Shown here piece after piece: positions 23,597-35,500 of a DNA stretch of 64,000 nt. This stretch comes from Antechinus flavipes (Eukaryota). A program made the translations under genes and the position numbers. The stretch spans positions 254,138,001 to 254,202,000 of the forward strand of contig NC_067403.1 of assembly GCF_016432865.1 (NCBI RefSeq). The letters are read 5' to 3'. The notes under the pieces were generated by a model that worked only from the letters and a program-made list of their open reading frames with translations, made no database searches and was not told where the DNA came from. Each line of letters opens with the position of its first letter. The stretch's first letter is position 1.

Positions 23597-26500
23597 CTGA
23601 GAGACAGAGAGACAGAGATAGACAGACAGACTGACAGAGGGAGGGGACAGAGAGAGGGAAAAAGACAGGTAGAAGAGACAGTGAAAGAGGGACCAAGGAG
23701 AGTGAAAGAGAAAAGAGGGAGACAGAGACAGAAGGAGAGACAAAGGAGAGAGAAAAATAAGGGGGACAGAGAGACAGGGAGACAGAAAAGAGACAGAGGG
23801 ACAAAGAAAGGAGGGAGAGACAGAAAGACAGAAGGAGGGACAAAGGAGAGAGAAGAAGAAGGGGGAAAGAGAGAGACAGATACACACACACACAGAGACA
23901 GAGGGAGGAAGAGAATGGGTGTGACATGACAGACATGTGTGAGCATGTCTGTGTGCATGTGAATGGTGTATTCACATAGATAGAGCCCATGGGAAGCAGC
24001 TCAGCCCAGTCCTGCAGACCCCCTAGATCTGCTCCATCCCATTGATGTCATTGTTCAAAGCCCCAGAAAACTGGAAATGGAGGCACTCTTGTTCCTGATT
24101 TCCTGGTGACAGCCCAGAGACTTCCCCGGCATCACGTGGCCCCGAATGCCAGCTCGCAGGGTTTCCGGGAGCCCTCTGCCCCTCCATGTGAATGGGCCTC
24201 CCTACCTGCTCCCTTCAGGACCCGGCCACCATCCGGAGTCCCAGGCTGGGGCCCAGCTGCCTTCCTCCTCCCTCCTGGTCGGGTCAGAGTTGAGACTGGT
24301 TGCTAAAACCCCAGGGCTAAGAGGGCGAGAGGGAGCAGGCCCAGGCCTCCTAGGGGACTCCCGCCCCCTCCGTCCTCGGTCCCCTCTCTCAGTTCCTTCT
24401 CTTCCACTCCATGAGTTGCTGGGGGCAGCTTTGCCGTGTTAGGGACGTCACGAATGTGAAGTTAGAGGAAACTGAGTTCTTTGGAACGGGTTGGAACGAG
24501 GAACCCAAGAAAAGGGCGTGCGTGGGGTCCAGTCCCAGCCAAGTTGTCTTGGGTACATCACCTCCCTAGCCTGGCCTTGTCACCTGATAGTAACAGCAGC
24601 CAACATTTCCCCGCCAATCCTGAATCCTAGTACTATTTGAGAATAACTCTTGTGGCCTCAGTTTCCTCATCTGTACAAACAGGAGGTTGGATTAGATGGG
24701 GAGAAGATGATTCTGAGCTCTCAACCCTAAGAATCCATCCATCCGAATCAGAGTCTTGGGCGGGGGGGGAGGGCGGGGGGGGAGAAGGAGAGTTGGCTCC
24801 CTCTGGGTGACCATGAGCTTGTTATAGTGATTTGGGTGCCCTCTGGTGAGGGGAGAAAGTCAGAAGGTACCACTCTGGGGACTGAAGGAAACTTCTGGAA
24901 GATCATAGATCAAAGGATTCAGACTTGAAAGAAGCCATACAATCCAACTCTCTCATTTTACAGATAGGGAAACTGAGGCCCCAGAGATTGTGACTTACCA
25001 AAGATCACAGGTAGTAAGTGAAATCGTATAGCACACTCCTATGTAGCTAGGGAGATCTAAGTTCAAAACTCATTTTACTAACTGGGCAATGATGAACAAA
25101 TCATTGACTTTCCTCAGTTTCCTCATTTGAAGAATGGGGCCGAACCTAGTGGAGACTCGGGCTCCGGGAGGCTCGAGGTTAGTGCTTCAGGCCGGGCAGG
25201 AGGGGGGCCGTCCGGGATAGGCTCTCACCTGTGGGCACCAGGAGGTTGGCCAGGATACCCAGGCCAGCGAGCACCAGGGCGGTGACTTGGGCGACCCTGC
25301 GTCCAGCGCGGCTCATGGCCAGAGTGGACAGCAGCTTGGCTGGGATATCCACCATCCCGAACAGCAGCTGCAACATGTGGACCCGTAGCCCGAAGCCCTG
25401 CAGGTCCATGGCCACTCCATAATAGGCAAAACTGGTAGCGAACCTTTGGGAAGAGAGGGGGGGAGGAAAGGAGATGTGGGGAGTCTCCGCCCCCGTTGCC
25501 CAGCCTGGGACTCTTCTGGGAGGGAGAGATGGGAGGGAATGGAATCAGGAGGAGTGCGGGAGAGAGATGGGGCCCTCCTGCTCTGGGGGGGAGAGAGATG
25601 GGGGCCTCCCACCATTGGGGCGGGGAGAGAGATGGGGGCCTCCCGCCCTGGGATGTCCACTGGTTTCCCATTCTAGACCACAGTTCTACGGCTCCCAAAG
25701 GCTTAGAAAGCCTTTCTCACAGATCTGGAACTCAAGATCTTATAAAAATGAGTGTTGAGAACTATGTTTACGTGTGATTGGAAAAAATAAAATACCATCA
25801 AATGAAAAAGAAACACACAAAAGCACCTTTCAGTCATCGCCTTCTCTCTTTTCCCAACAGCTCTGTGGGCCAGGGGCTCCTAGTTTTTTTATCCCATTTC
25901 TGGAACCCTGTCATCCTCCTCCCGCTTGGGCGTCTCACTCCGGGTGGTCCCCATTAGGCGCCCCCTTTCCTCCACATCCCATATTCCCCTGGGCCTGCCC
26001 AATATCACACGGCTCACTAAGGCTGGGCCTCCTGGGAAGGGTCGCGCTTGAATAAAAACCATCTGCTGGATGTGGTCCATGAGCCATCCCATTTCCTTAC
26101 TTATTATGTTATTTAAGACCCACTCACAGGACGCTTTTGCCTCGAACTAAACAGAGAAGACAGAAGGTCCATGAGCCAGATCATGACTTATTTCCCCAGA
26201 TTTTCCACCCTCCTTTCTCCCCTTGTGGTTCTCGTAGGCGCTACTATGTGGAATAGAAGCTATGGCTTGCTTGTCATCTCAGAGGCATAAGGAACCGGGT
26301 TCAAATCCTGCCTGTGACATGTGCAGGCTGGATGATCCTCTCGGTGTTCTAGGCAACTCCCTGAGAGCTATAAGCTGGAGAAAAGCTGCCCGTCCACACT
26401 GGGATAGGGTTCGTTACTAGGCAAGATTCCGGGTTTAGCGCTGAAAGGACCTTAGTCTGATTCTATAGATGAGGAAACTGAGGTCCAGAAGGGGTCACTA

Positions 26501-29500
26501 GCTTGTCCCAAGGCCATCCAGGGAGTGAGTGACCCTTTATGACCCCAGAGACTTGGCTTTCAGACTCAGTTTTTCTGAATAGAGCAGAGTAGCTTCTGAC
26601 ACTATCGTGATCTGGGGGCTGGACGACATCCCCTGAACATAGCCGGGGCCACCCACAGTTATGGGGCTGCTAGGTGACAGTGGAAAGAGCTCTGGACTTG
26701 GAGACAGAAAGGCCTGAGTCAAACCTTGCCTTAGGTGCTCATTAGCTATGGCCATTTGTTAATCTCTTTCAGCCTCAGTTTCCTCATCTGTAAAATGGGA
26801 CAACAAGAGCACCTACTTCATAGGATTGCTTGGGAAGATCAAATGAGACAATAAAGTGCTTTGTAAACTTTAAAATGCTCTAGGAAGGGTGAGTCCCCAT
26901 CCTAAACCTACTTCAGGATAAAGTCGGGAGGCCTGCCCGCCAAGAACCTCCCAGGGAACCCCAGAAGAACCAAGAAATGTGTCTGTGGAGGGTGGTGGCC
27001 AGACCTGCCCTTCATCATCTAGGCTTTACACGGCTTAAAATGCCAGATAAAGGGTCTGTGTGTCCCTCTGACCAGGGCTCCAGCCCGGCGCCTACCAGAC
27101 AGCGGCGAGACACTTGGAGATGCGCCGAATGGTGGGCGTCTGGATCAGGTCCCAAGGGGTTCCGGGGGCCTGAGCCAAATCCAACTCTTTCTGAAGATGG
27201 GNNNNNNNNNNNNNNNNNNNNNNNNNNNNNNNNNNNNNNNNNNNNNNNNNNNNNNNNNNNNNNNNNNNNNNNNNNNNNNNNNNNNNNNNNNNNNNNNNNN
27301 NNNNNNNNNNNNNNNNNNNNNNNNNNNNNNNNNNNNNNNNNNNNNNNNNNNNNNNNNNNNNNNNNNNNNNNNNNNNNNNNNNNNNNNNNNNNNNNNNNNN
27401 NNNNNNNNNNNNNNNNNNNNNNNNNNNNNNNNNNNNNNNNNNNNNNNNNNNNNNNNNNNNNNNNNNNNNNNNNNNNNNNNNNNNNNNNNNNNNNNNNNNN
27501 NNNNNNNNNNNNNNNNNNNNNNNNNNNNNNNNNNNNNNNNNNNNNNNNNNNNNNNNNNNNNNNNNNNNNNNNNNNNNNNNNNNNNNNNNNNNNNNNNNNN
27601 NNNNNNNNNNNNNNNNNNNNNNNNNNNNNNNNNNNNNNNNNNNNNNNNNNNNNNNNNNNNNNNNNNNNNNNNNNNNNNNNNNNNNNNNNNNNNNNNNNNN
27701 NNNNNNNNNNNNNNNNNNNNNNNNNNNNNNNAAGCTCCCTTCTTCTGGGGCTCTAAGACCTAGGGGAAAATGGGTGTGGAGGAAAGGGGGGAACGTAATG
27801 GGCAGCAGGCTTTCCCAGACTCCTGGAGTGAGACCTCCAGCAGGGGGAGGATGAGAGGGATCCCAGAAACCAGACTCATTGCTCCATGCATGGCCAAACA
27901 TCATAGCTAATGGCAGGGTCCAGCTCTCAGGGTCACTTACATGTCAGTTCTTCTCTCTTCTCTCACCTCCCCTCTCTCCCCACCCTCCTTTCCCTTTCCC
28001 TTCCCTCTCTCCCCACCCTCCCCCCTCTTTCCCTTCTTTTCTCCCATCCCCCCTTCCAGGGGAGCCAGGTCTCCCTGGCAACTCCTTCACCTCGATGCTG
28101 AGGCTGTCTCCTTCTGCTCTCCTCCCGTTGATGCGAGCCACCCTCTTCAGCACCTGGATGGCCTGCTCTGGTCTCCCAGCCAGGACCAGCCACCGGGCTG
28201 ACTCTGCAAACCACCTAGTTGGGGGCAGGGGGCAGAGGTCACGGTCTCTGGGAGCTGTTCCTGACCAGGCATCTTCCCTGCATGTCATTCCCACCCAGAA
28301 GCCCCCAACTCTTGCTTGAGAGAGCAGCCTGTGTGTCCTCAAGCAGCCCCTGTGCTTGGGAAGGCCCTAAGCCACAGACATTCTGAATCCCCCCCACCCC
28401 CCCTTCTTCCTCCCCCCCCCCATTGCCCCAATTCTGCCCTCCGGTGCAGCTTTCTTCCACGTGTTGTTCCTTCGCTTTCCCGTGTCCGAATCTCTGTGAC
28501 CCCATTTGGGGTTTTCTTGGTGGAGATGCTGGAGAGGTTCGACATTTCAGCCCTTCAAATACTTGCAGAAAGCTGACTTGTCATCCCGAGTCTTTTCTCC
28601 AGGCTAAGTGTCCTTAATAGCCCTGTTTCCTTCAATTAATTCACATATAGTCTGATTCGTGGCCCTTCATCCTCCCTGTCTCTCTCTAACTTATCAGCAT
28701 CCTTTCCAGAACGTGGGCCTCAGGGCTGAACACGCTGCTCCTGATGGAGCTGGATCAGGGCATGATACGGAGAAATTGCCATCCGGGTATTCTGGCTTCA
28801 TGAACACAGGACACGGTTCTATTAGATCCTTTGTTTACCATGTTGAGGTCACTTTCCGCTTCATGCCTTGGGTCTTTTTCTTGGTGAGAAGCCATTTCAC
28901 AGTGCTCCAGCTCCCTGTCCCCCCTTCCCCCACTTGCACTGAAGACATTGATTTCTTGAACCCAACTGTAACACTTGACATTTATCTCCATGAAATTTCA
29001 TCTTTTTATCCTGAAAAATTTTTAAGGGGCCTGAGTTTTTCCATTCTGTTAATTATCCTTCCTAGCCTTGTATTATATATGCAAATTTGAAAAAAAAGTT
29101 GTTCTCTTCAGAGGCAGTTTGTCACAGTACGAAGTCACTTAATCTCAGTCTGCCTCCATTTCCTCCTCTTTATAATGTGAATAACAACAGCACCTATCTC
29201 CCAGGGCTGTGGTAGAGATCCAATGAGATACTATTTGCAAAGCATGGATTTTTGTGATTGTTATTCTGTTTCTTTACTCAAAGATACAGGGATGGATACA
29301 GGAAAATGGATAATATTCCAGGCAGCTCAGTGGATAGAGAGTTGGATCTAGAGTCAGAGAGACCCGACTTCAAATAGAGCCTCAGACATTTACCAGCTGT
29401 ATGACCCTGGCCTAGTCACTTAGGTTCTGTTTGCTTCCATCCACTGGAGAAGGAAATGGCAAAGCATTCTGGGATCTCCGGACGGCTTCCGCAGGCACCG

Positions 29501-32500
29501 AGTCAGACGTGACCGAACAGCCACAAGCCGAGCCACGAGTAGGAATGTCAGCCAGCACAGGACAAAGTGGGAGTCCCTGGGACCCTCCCCTGGAGACTCG
29601 GAGATTCACACTCTGTATTCACTTAAGGCTCCGTCCTGTAGCCTGCATCTTGCTGCCTTTCCCACATAATACTTTGTTACAATCTAAGAGCAGGGAAAGG
29701 ATTGCTTGGATACTGTTGCTAATTGTAGCTCCTTCTCTTCCCTGGATATTCCTAGAGGAAAATCCCCCTTCTTCTTCCCACCACAAGGGGGCAGTAGGTC
29801 CAGATTTTCCACCTCTTCCCTCTTCCCAATGGGGAACTCCTGCAGGTCCAAGTTTGGTCTTTTTCATCCTTCATTTCACATGAATATGAATTCATGATAG
29901 TTAATAATTTTTACACCTGGGAAATCACGTGATCCGGCCATTTCTTTTTACAGAGGAGGAAACTGGGGTCCGGTAGGGTCGCCCACTGATGATGGGTGTT
30001 GCTGGGGGAAGCACGGCCCCTCCCGGATCTCCCTGACCCCCACCCCCACTTGTTCCCCCCCTTATGCACCCCTGCCACACGGGGCCATTCGGAGCCGACT
30101 CCTAAGTTTGCCCAAAGAGTTTCAGCCAGTTGCCCCAACCCTAATTCCAGGTTCTAGCTGGACACAAACCCAGTTCTGGATAAAACTAGAACCCTAGTTC
30201 TAGCGTTGATTTTGGGTTCCCGTTACACAGGGTTTCCACCATAGTATGAAATAGAAACGGGGTGGGGGGGCGTGATACGTTTGGCTGCCGTTAACGTGCC
30301 TACCAGGAGTAGCCGAAGAAAGCAAAGAAAGGCATCGAGAGCGTGAGCTGGAGCCAGCGCCAGTTGGGGAGGGCGTACGCCAGGCCTGGGAGAAGTATCT
30401 GCCCGAGGGTGGCAGAATAACTGACCAAGGTCCCCGTCATCGTGCGGGTCCGGGTGGGGGACCACTCTAGAACTGGAGAGAAGAGAAACAGTCACCTTCC
30501 CCCTCTGCCCCCCAGGTTCCTTATTCATTCAACACACATGTTCTCCTAAGTGATTATTGCCAAGATCTCTCCCCTGTGACATTTTAATTTCCTTTTTTTT
30601 TCAGCATTAATATTCTCTATTCTAAGATTCCTTTTATTCCTGGCATCTTCTGTTCTACATTCTAACAATCTAGGTTTTAAGGTCCCTTCCAAATGGGACA
30701 TTCTGAGTTCTAGAACCTCCATGACAACATTCTGTGCTCTTAGGTCCCTTTTGGCTCTGTGAGAGTATGTTTTCTGTTCCATCATTCTGGATTCTAAGAC
30801 CCTTCTCTACTTTGGCATTCTGTGTTCTAGAATACAGAACATAGATTCCCAGTTCTGACAGGCAGTTTTCTAAGATCCCAGCTTTGATGGCCAATTTTTT
30901 ATGTTTTAGCTTTCTAAACTTTAAAATTCCTTTCAGTGTTCTAAGATCCCTCCCAGTTATGGTATTCTGTGCTCTAAGGAACCTTTTAGCTTTAGTGTTT
31001 GGTGTTCTAAGTCCTTTCCAATTTTGATATTTATGTTCTAAGGAACCTTCCAGTTTTAGCATTATGTGTTCTAGGTCCTTTTAGCTATATATTTCTCCCA
31101 GTTATGGTATCTTGTGTTCTAAGGAATCCTCCAGCTCTAGTATTTGCTGTTCTAAGTCCTTTCTAGTTCTGCTATTTATGTTCTTCCAGTTTTAGCATTA
31201 TGTGTTCTAGGTCCTTTCTAGCTCTGATTCCTTTCTAAACATGCTATTTCTCCCAGTTATGGTATTCTATGCTCTAAAGAACCCTCTAGCTTTAGTGTTT
31301 GTGTTCTAAGTCCTTTTCAGTTCTGATATTTATGTTCTAAGGAACCTTCCAGTTTTAGCATTATGTTTTCCAGGTCCTTTCTAGCTCTGATTCTTTTCTA
31401 GCTTTGATATTTTCTGTTCTAAGGAACCCTCCAGCTCAGCAGTCTTAAGCCATTTCCAGGCCTGATAGCTTCTGTTCCATCATTCTGGGCCCCACTCATG
31501 GCCCTGGGATCTGTCCCTCTGCCCATTCCCTTCTTCCTTTCTCATCCCTGCTCCCGACTCCTTCAACCCTACCCTTCCCCACTCCCCAGCTTGCTCTGAC
31601 TCCCGGAACAAGTCATTAGGTTTCTATTCACAAGGAAGCCGTGCCCTTCCCCCCCGGGGACCTTCTTTCTGTCTGCCCTCCCAGAAGCCCCTGAAGGTGT
31701 CTCGCCCCCTCCCCAATCTTCAGGTGGTCATTGGCCTGTGAGCCCGGGCCCCACATCCGGGGCCTGAGGTCCCTGGCCTGGGCTCGCGCTCTGCCAAGCT
31801 GTTTCCCCGGGGACAGAGGGTTAACAGGTCCCGAGCTGAGCCGGCCACGTGCGCTCTCTGGGCCAGAGCCAGGCCGGGGGAGGGGGCGGACAATGGAGTT
31901 GCCTAGAGCGAGCTTGGCGGAGGGCAAGGACTTCAGAAGGGGACGGGGCCGTGTTTATAGTAATCAGAGAACTTTCCCCCCCTGCTTAAGCCTTCAGGGC
32001 ACAGCTTAGCCCTAAGTGAACAGGGAACCCCACAGTGCCCAAACACTTTGTGCTGTGCTCGAGAATTCTGGGTAAGAGGAGGAGGGGGCCCAGAGCTCAG
32101 GTCCAGAAGCCAGGAATCCTGGATTCTAAAGGTGGGGGAAGGGATTAGGGAACGAGGGGGAGAGAGGTTGCAGGGGGAGGGGGGGAGGGGAGAGCAGCCG
32201 CAGGATGGTGGCAAGGGTGGGACAGGATGGGGAAGAAAGGAGCAAAAATGGAGGGATCTAAGGGCAGCGAGCACCAGAAGTCAGGAGGACCTGAGTTCAG
32301 ATCTGGCCTGAGACACTTAACACTTCCTGGCTCTGTGAGGCTCTGGGGTTCCAGAGCTGGAAGGTTGATTCCTTCACTTTACAGATAAGGAAAATGAGGC
32401 CCAGAGAGGGAAGATAACAAGCATTTATTTAATACCTACTGTATGCTAAGAACTTTCTGCAGATATGATCTCTCACAACAACCCTGTCCTAGAGGAGCTA

Positions 32501-35500
32501 ATTAGTATCTTATGGTTGAGGAAACTGAGGGCAAATGGAGATTAAGTGCTTAAGCAGATGGCCTCTAGCGGTGATCCCACAATACCTGAGGTCCTTCAGG
32601 TCCTATAGAGGCCGGCACTGAGCCTCAGACTTTATCCCAAAGTCTCTGGTGCTGAGTGGTTGTGTCTGACTCTGTCTTGAATCCAATAGCCCTCTGGTTG
32701 GTCTGGCTGCCTCATGCCCCCCCCATGCCAGGGCACAGTCTACTCCACGGCTAAAGACACTTCCTAAAGCCCAGTTCTGACCATGGCATGCCCATCCTCC
32801 CTTCCCATCTATAACCATCAATGGCTCCCTATTACCCCCAGGATCAAATACAATCTTTGGTTTAGCTGTGAAAATCCTTCCAAGCCTCCCTGCTCTTCTA
32901 CATTGGTTCCCTCTCCCTGTGACCCTTCCACCCAGCTCCCCTGGCTGCCCCCCACACTTGAAAGTTTTCCTGCTTCACCTTTGCCTGCCGGCCTCCCTGC
33001 CTCCCTTCAAGACTCTGATTGAACTGTACCTTCCCCCAAAGCTCTTTCCTCAAGCTCTCTTACTTCTGCGATAACCTTCAGTCTGACTTGCGCGTATCTT
33101 GTTTGCTCACGGCTGTTCGTATGTTGTCTCTCCTGTTAAACCGTAAGCCCCTGAGACCGGGACCGTGGCACCCCCTGTGCTAAGGGCTCCATGAATGTCG
33201 GCTGGCCCCGGGAAGGGGAGGCTGCGCGGGACACTCACCCAAAGACATGCAGTTGAGGATGATCCCAGAGACGGCCATCCCGACCAGGAAACGCAGGGCG
33301 CAGTAGGTGGAGAAATTGGGGGAGAAGGCGGTGGCGGTCCCCGCCGCCCCCAGCTGCAGGTAGGACCAGCTCAGCAGGGCCTTCCGGCCAAACCTGGCGG
33401 GGGGAGCGGAGGATCAGGGCACGGGGAGGGGACAGAGGGCACTGTGACCGGGACCGGGAGACAGAGGCAGGGCCAAGAATGGGGGGGACAGGGTTCGTGG
33501 CCCTCAGGGACAGGGGACAGAGGGCACTGTGACCGGGACCGGGAGACAGAGGCAGGGCCAAGAATGGGGAGACAGGCCGAGGATGAAAGATCAGGACAGA
33601 GAAGACGGAGCCGAAGGATGCTGGGGAGGAGGGGAAGGAGAGGGAGCTCGGATTAGGAGGGTCTTGGGCCAGAGGTCCAGGATGAGTGGCCGGGGTCGCC
33701 CCTCCGCCCTCCCTCTACCCAGGCCAGAGTACCTGTCTGCCAAGCTCCCAAACGCCATGGCTCCCACAAGGACCCCTGCCATGTAAATGGATTGTGCCAT
33801 CTGGGTCAGTTTCCAGGAGTCACACACCAGGTCCCACTGTTTCAGAGAAAGGAGAAGGGCCTGAGGGGTTAGGAGGGACAAACTGGGAGTTCAAACCGGC
33901 CCCTGATTGTTCTCTCTCACCAAAACACCCCCACCAGGGCGATCGGGAACCCTTCGGACAGAGTCTGTGGTAAAGGTCTCCAGGGTCACTGAGGGTCCAG
34001 TCTCTGAGGTGCAGAATCATCCCCCAAGGTTATGGAGCTGCCAGAATGTCGCAGGCAAGGGATGTTTCCCTTGTGTCTCCCTAGGGTGGCCTGGTATACA
34101 GTAAGCACTTAATAAGTGCTTGCTGATAGGTAGATTGATCTTTCTCTGAGGATTGATTGGTGGTTAAAGATGGAGGAGAAGCCTTCACTTGGGCAGAGGA
34201 TCATGGGAGGAGAAGCAGATCCAAGGGTGGGGGAGTCAAAAGTGTTGTGAATGACCCAAAGGGGAGGCCCTCAGGAGACGCCAGCTTGAACTGGGGAGGG
34301 CCGATGGCGTCTTCGCCCAAGATTGGGCGCTGATGATTCCTCTGTGACAATAAGCTAGACTAAGTCTCTGTTGGTCCCACATCGTCCCTGTCCCAGCCCT
34401 CCCAGTGCTGATCTCCTCCCACTCCTCTGCCCACTTCTTCAACCCCCTAGAGGAATGGCTTCTGCTAGGGAGCTATGGCCATGCTTGGACAGTGCCCTCC
34501 TGAGGCAGCCTCTCTTCCACTTCCTGACGGACCTCAAGCCTCAGTTTACCCCTGGAGATGCCCCCCGTTGCTCCAGCTTCTGCTCCCTGGGGCCGAGCAA
34601 ATTCAATCTAGTCCTTCTCAAAGTCCTTGGGCTCGTTGACCATTGACTCTTGGCCACTTTGACCACTGACTCTTGGCCACTCTACGCGGCCCCGATTCCC
34701 TTCGGTCGGCGCTCCCACGGTGCATCTTGGGTCCCTTCACCCTCTGGGCTCACTAAAGCCCCCCCAGAGCGCTCAAGTAGGAGAGAGGAGGGGGCCGCCG
34801 GGTCACCTTCACGGTTAACTTAGAATCCATTAAACCCCCAACGGCTCCTTCAAGACCCCCTGCTCTCAGCCAGACCTCCCAGAGCTTGTCCCAGGAAAGT
34901 GATTTTTCCAACTGAGGCACATGGTTCCTCACTTAACGTGAGCCGTCACCTGACTGGCATCTCGCGTTAGCCATCCCTCCTGACTTTGGGTCATGAGCAC
35001 ATTTGGGAAGGGGCCATTTCTGTCTTTAGAGGAGCTGATAAAAGTGAGGAGCGGGACGGGGATGAGCCCGGATCCGTGAGGTGCTCCACCAGAGGCCCCC
35101 CAGGCAAGGGGCGCTCAAACGTAGAGGCGGTTCCCGATGGCTTTGTCATCAGCCATGTCGGAAGCCCTCTGACTGTGCCAGTCACCGGAGCTCGCCTTGC
35201 CATCTTTGCCACATGATTAAGTCTATGGCACATCAGGTGATCCTGTGGCGTTCCTCAACTTACCCACTCGGTAACTCTGCTAGGAAAGGACATGGGGTCA
35301 CCCTGGCAGGACTTTTCCCATCTAGTCTCATCTCTCATCTGGCAGATGGAGGCCAGAGGGAAGGGACTTCACCAAAATGACCTGGGGGGGGGGAAGAGAC
35401 CTCAGCTCTCCAGCTCTCACGCTCTGAACCTGCTAGCAGGTCTCTTCCTCAGGCCGGCCCCTCATTACCTCTGTCACGATGGTAGCCTCGAACTCGCTGC

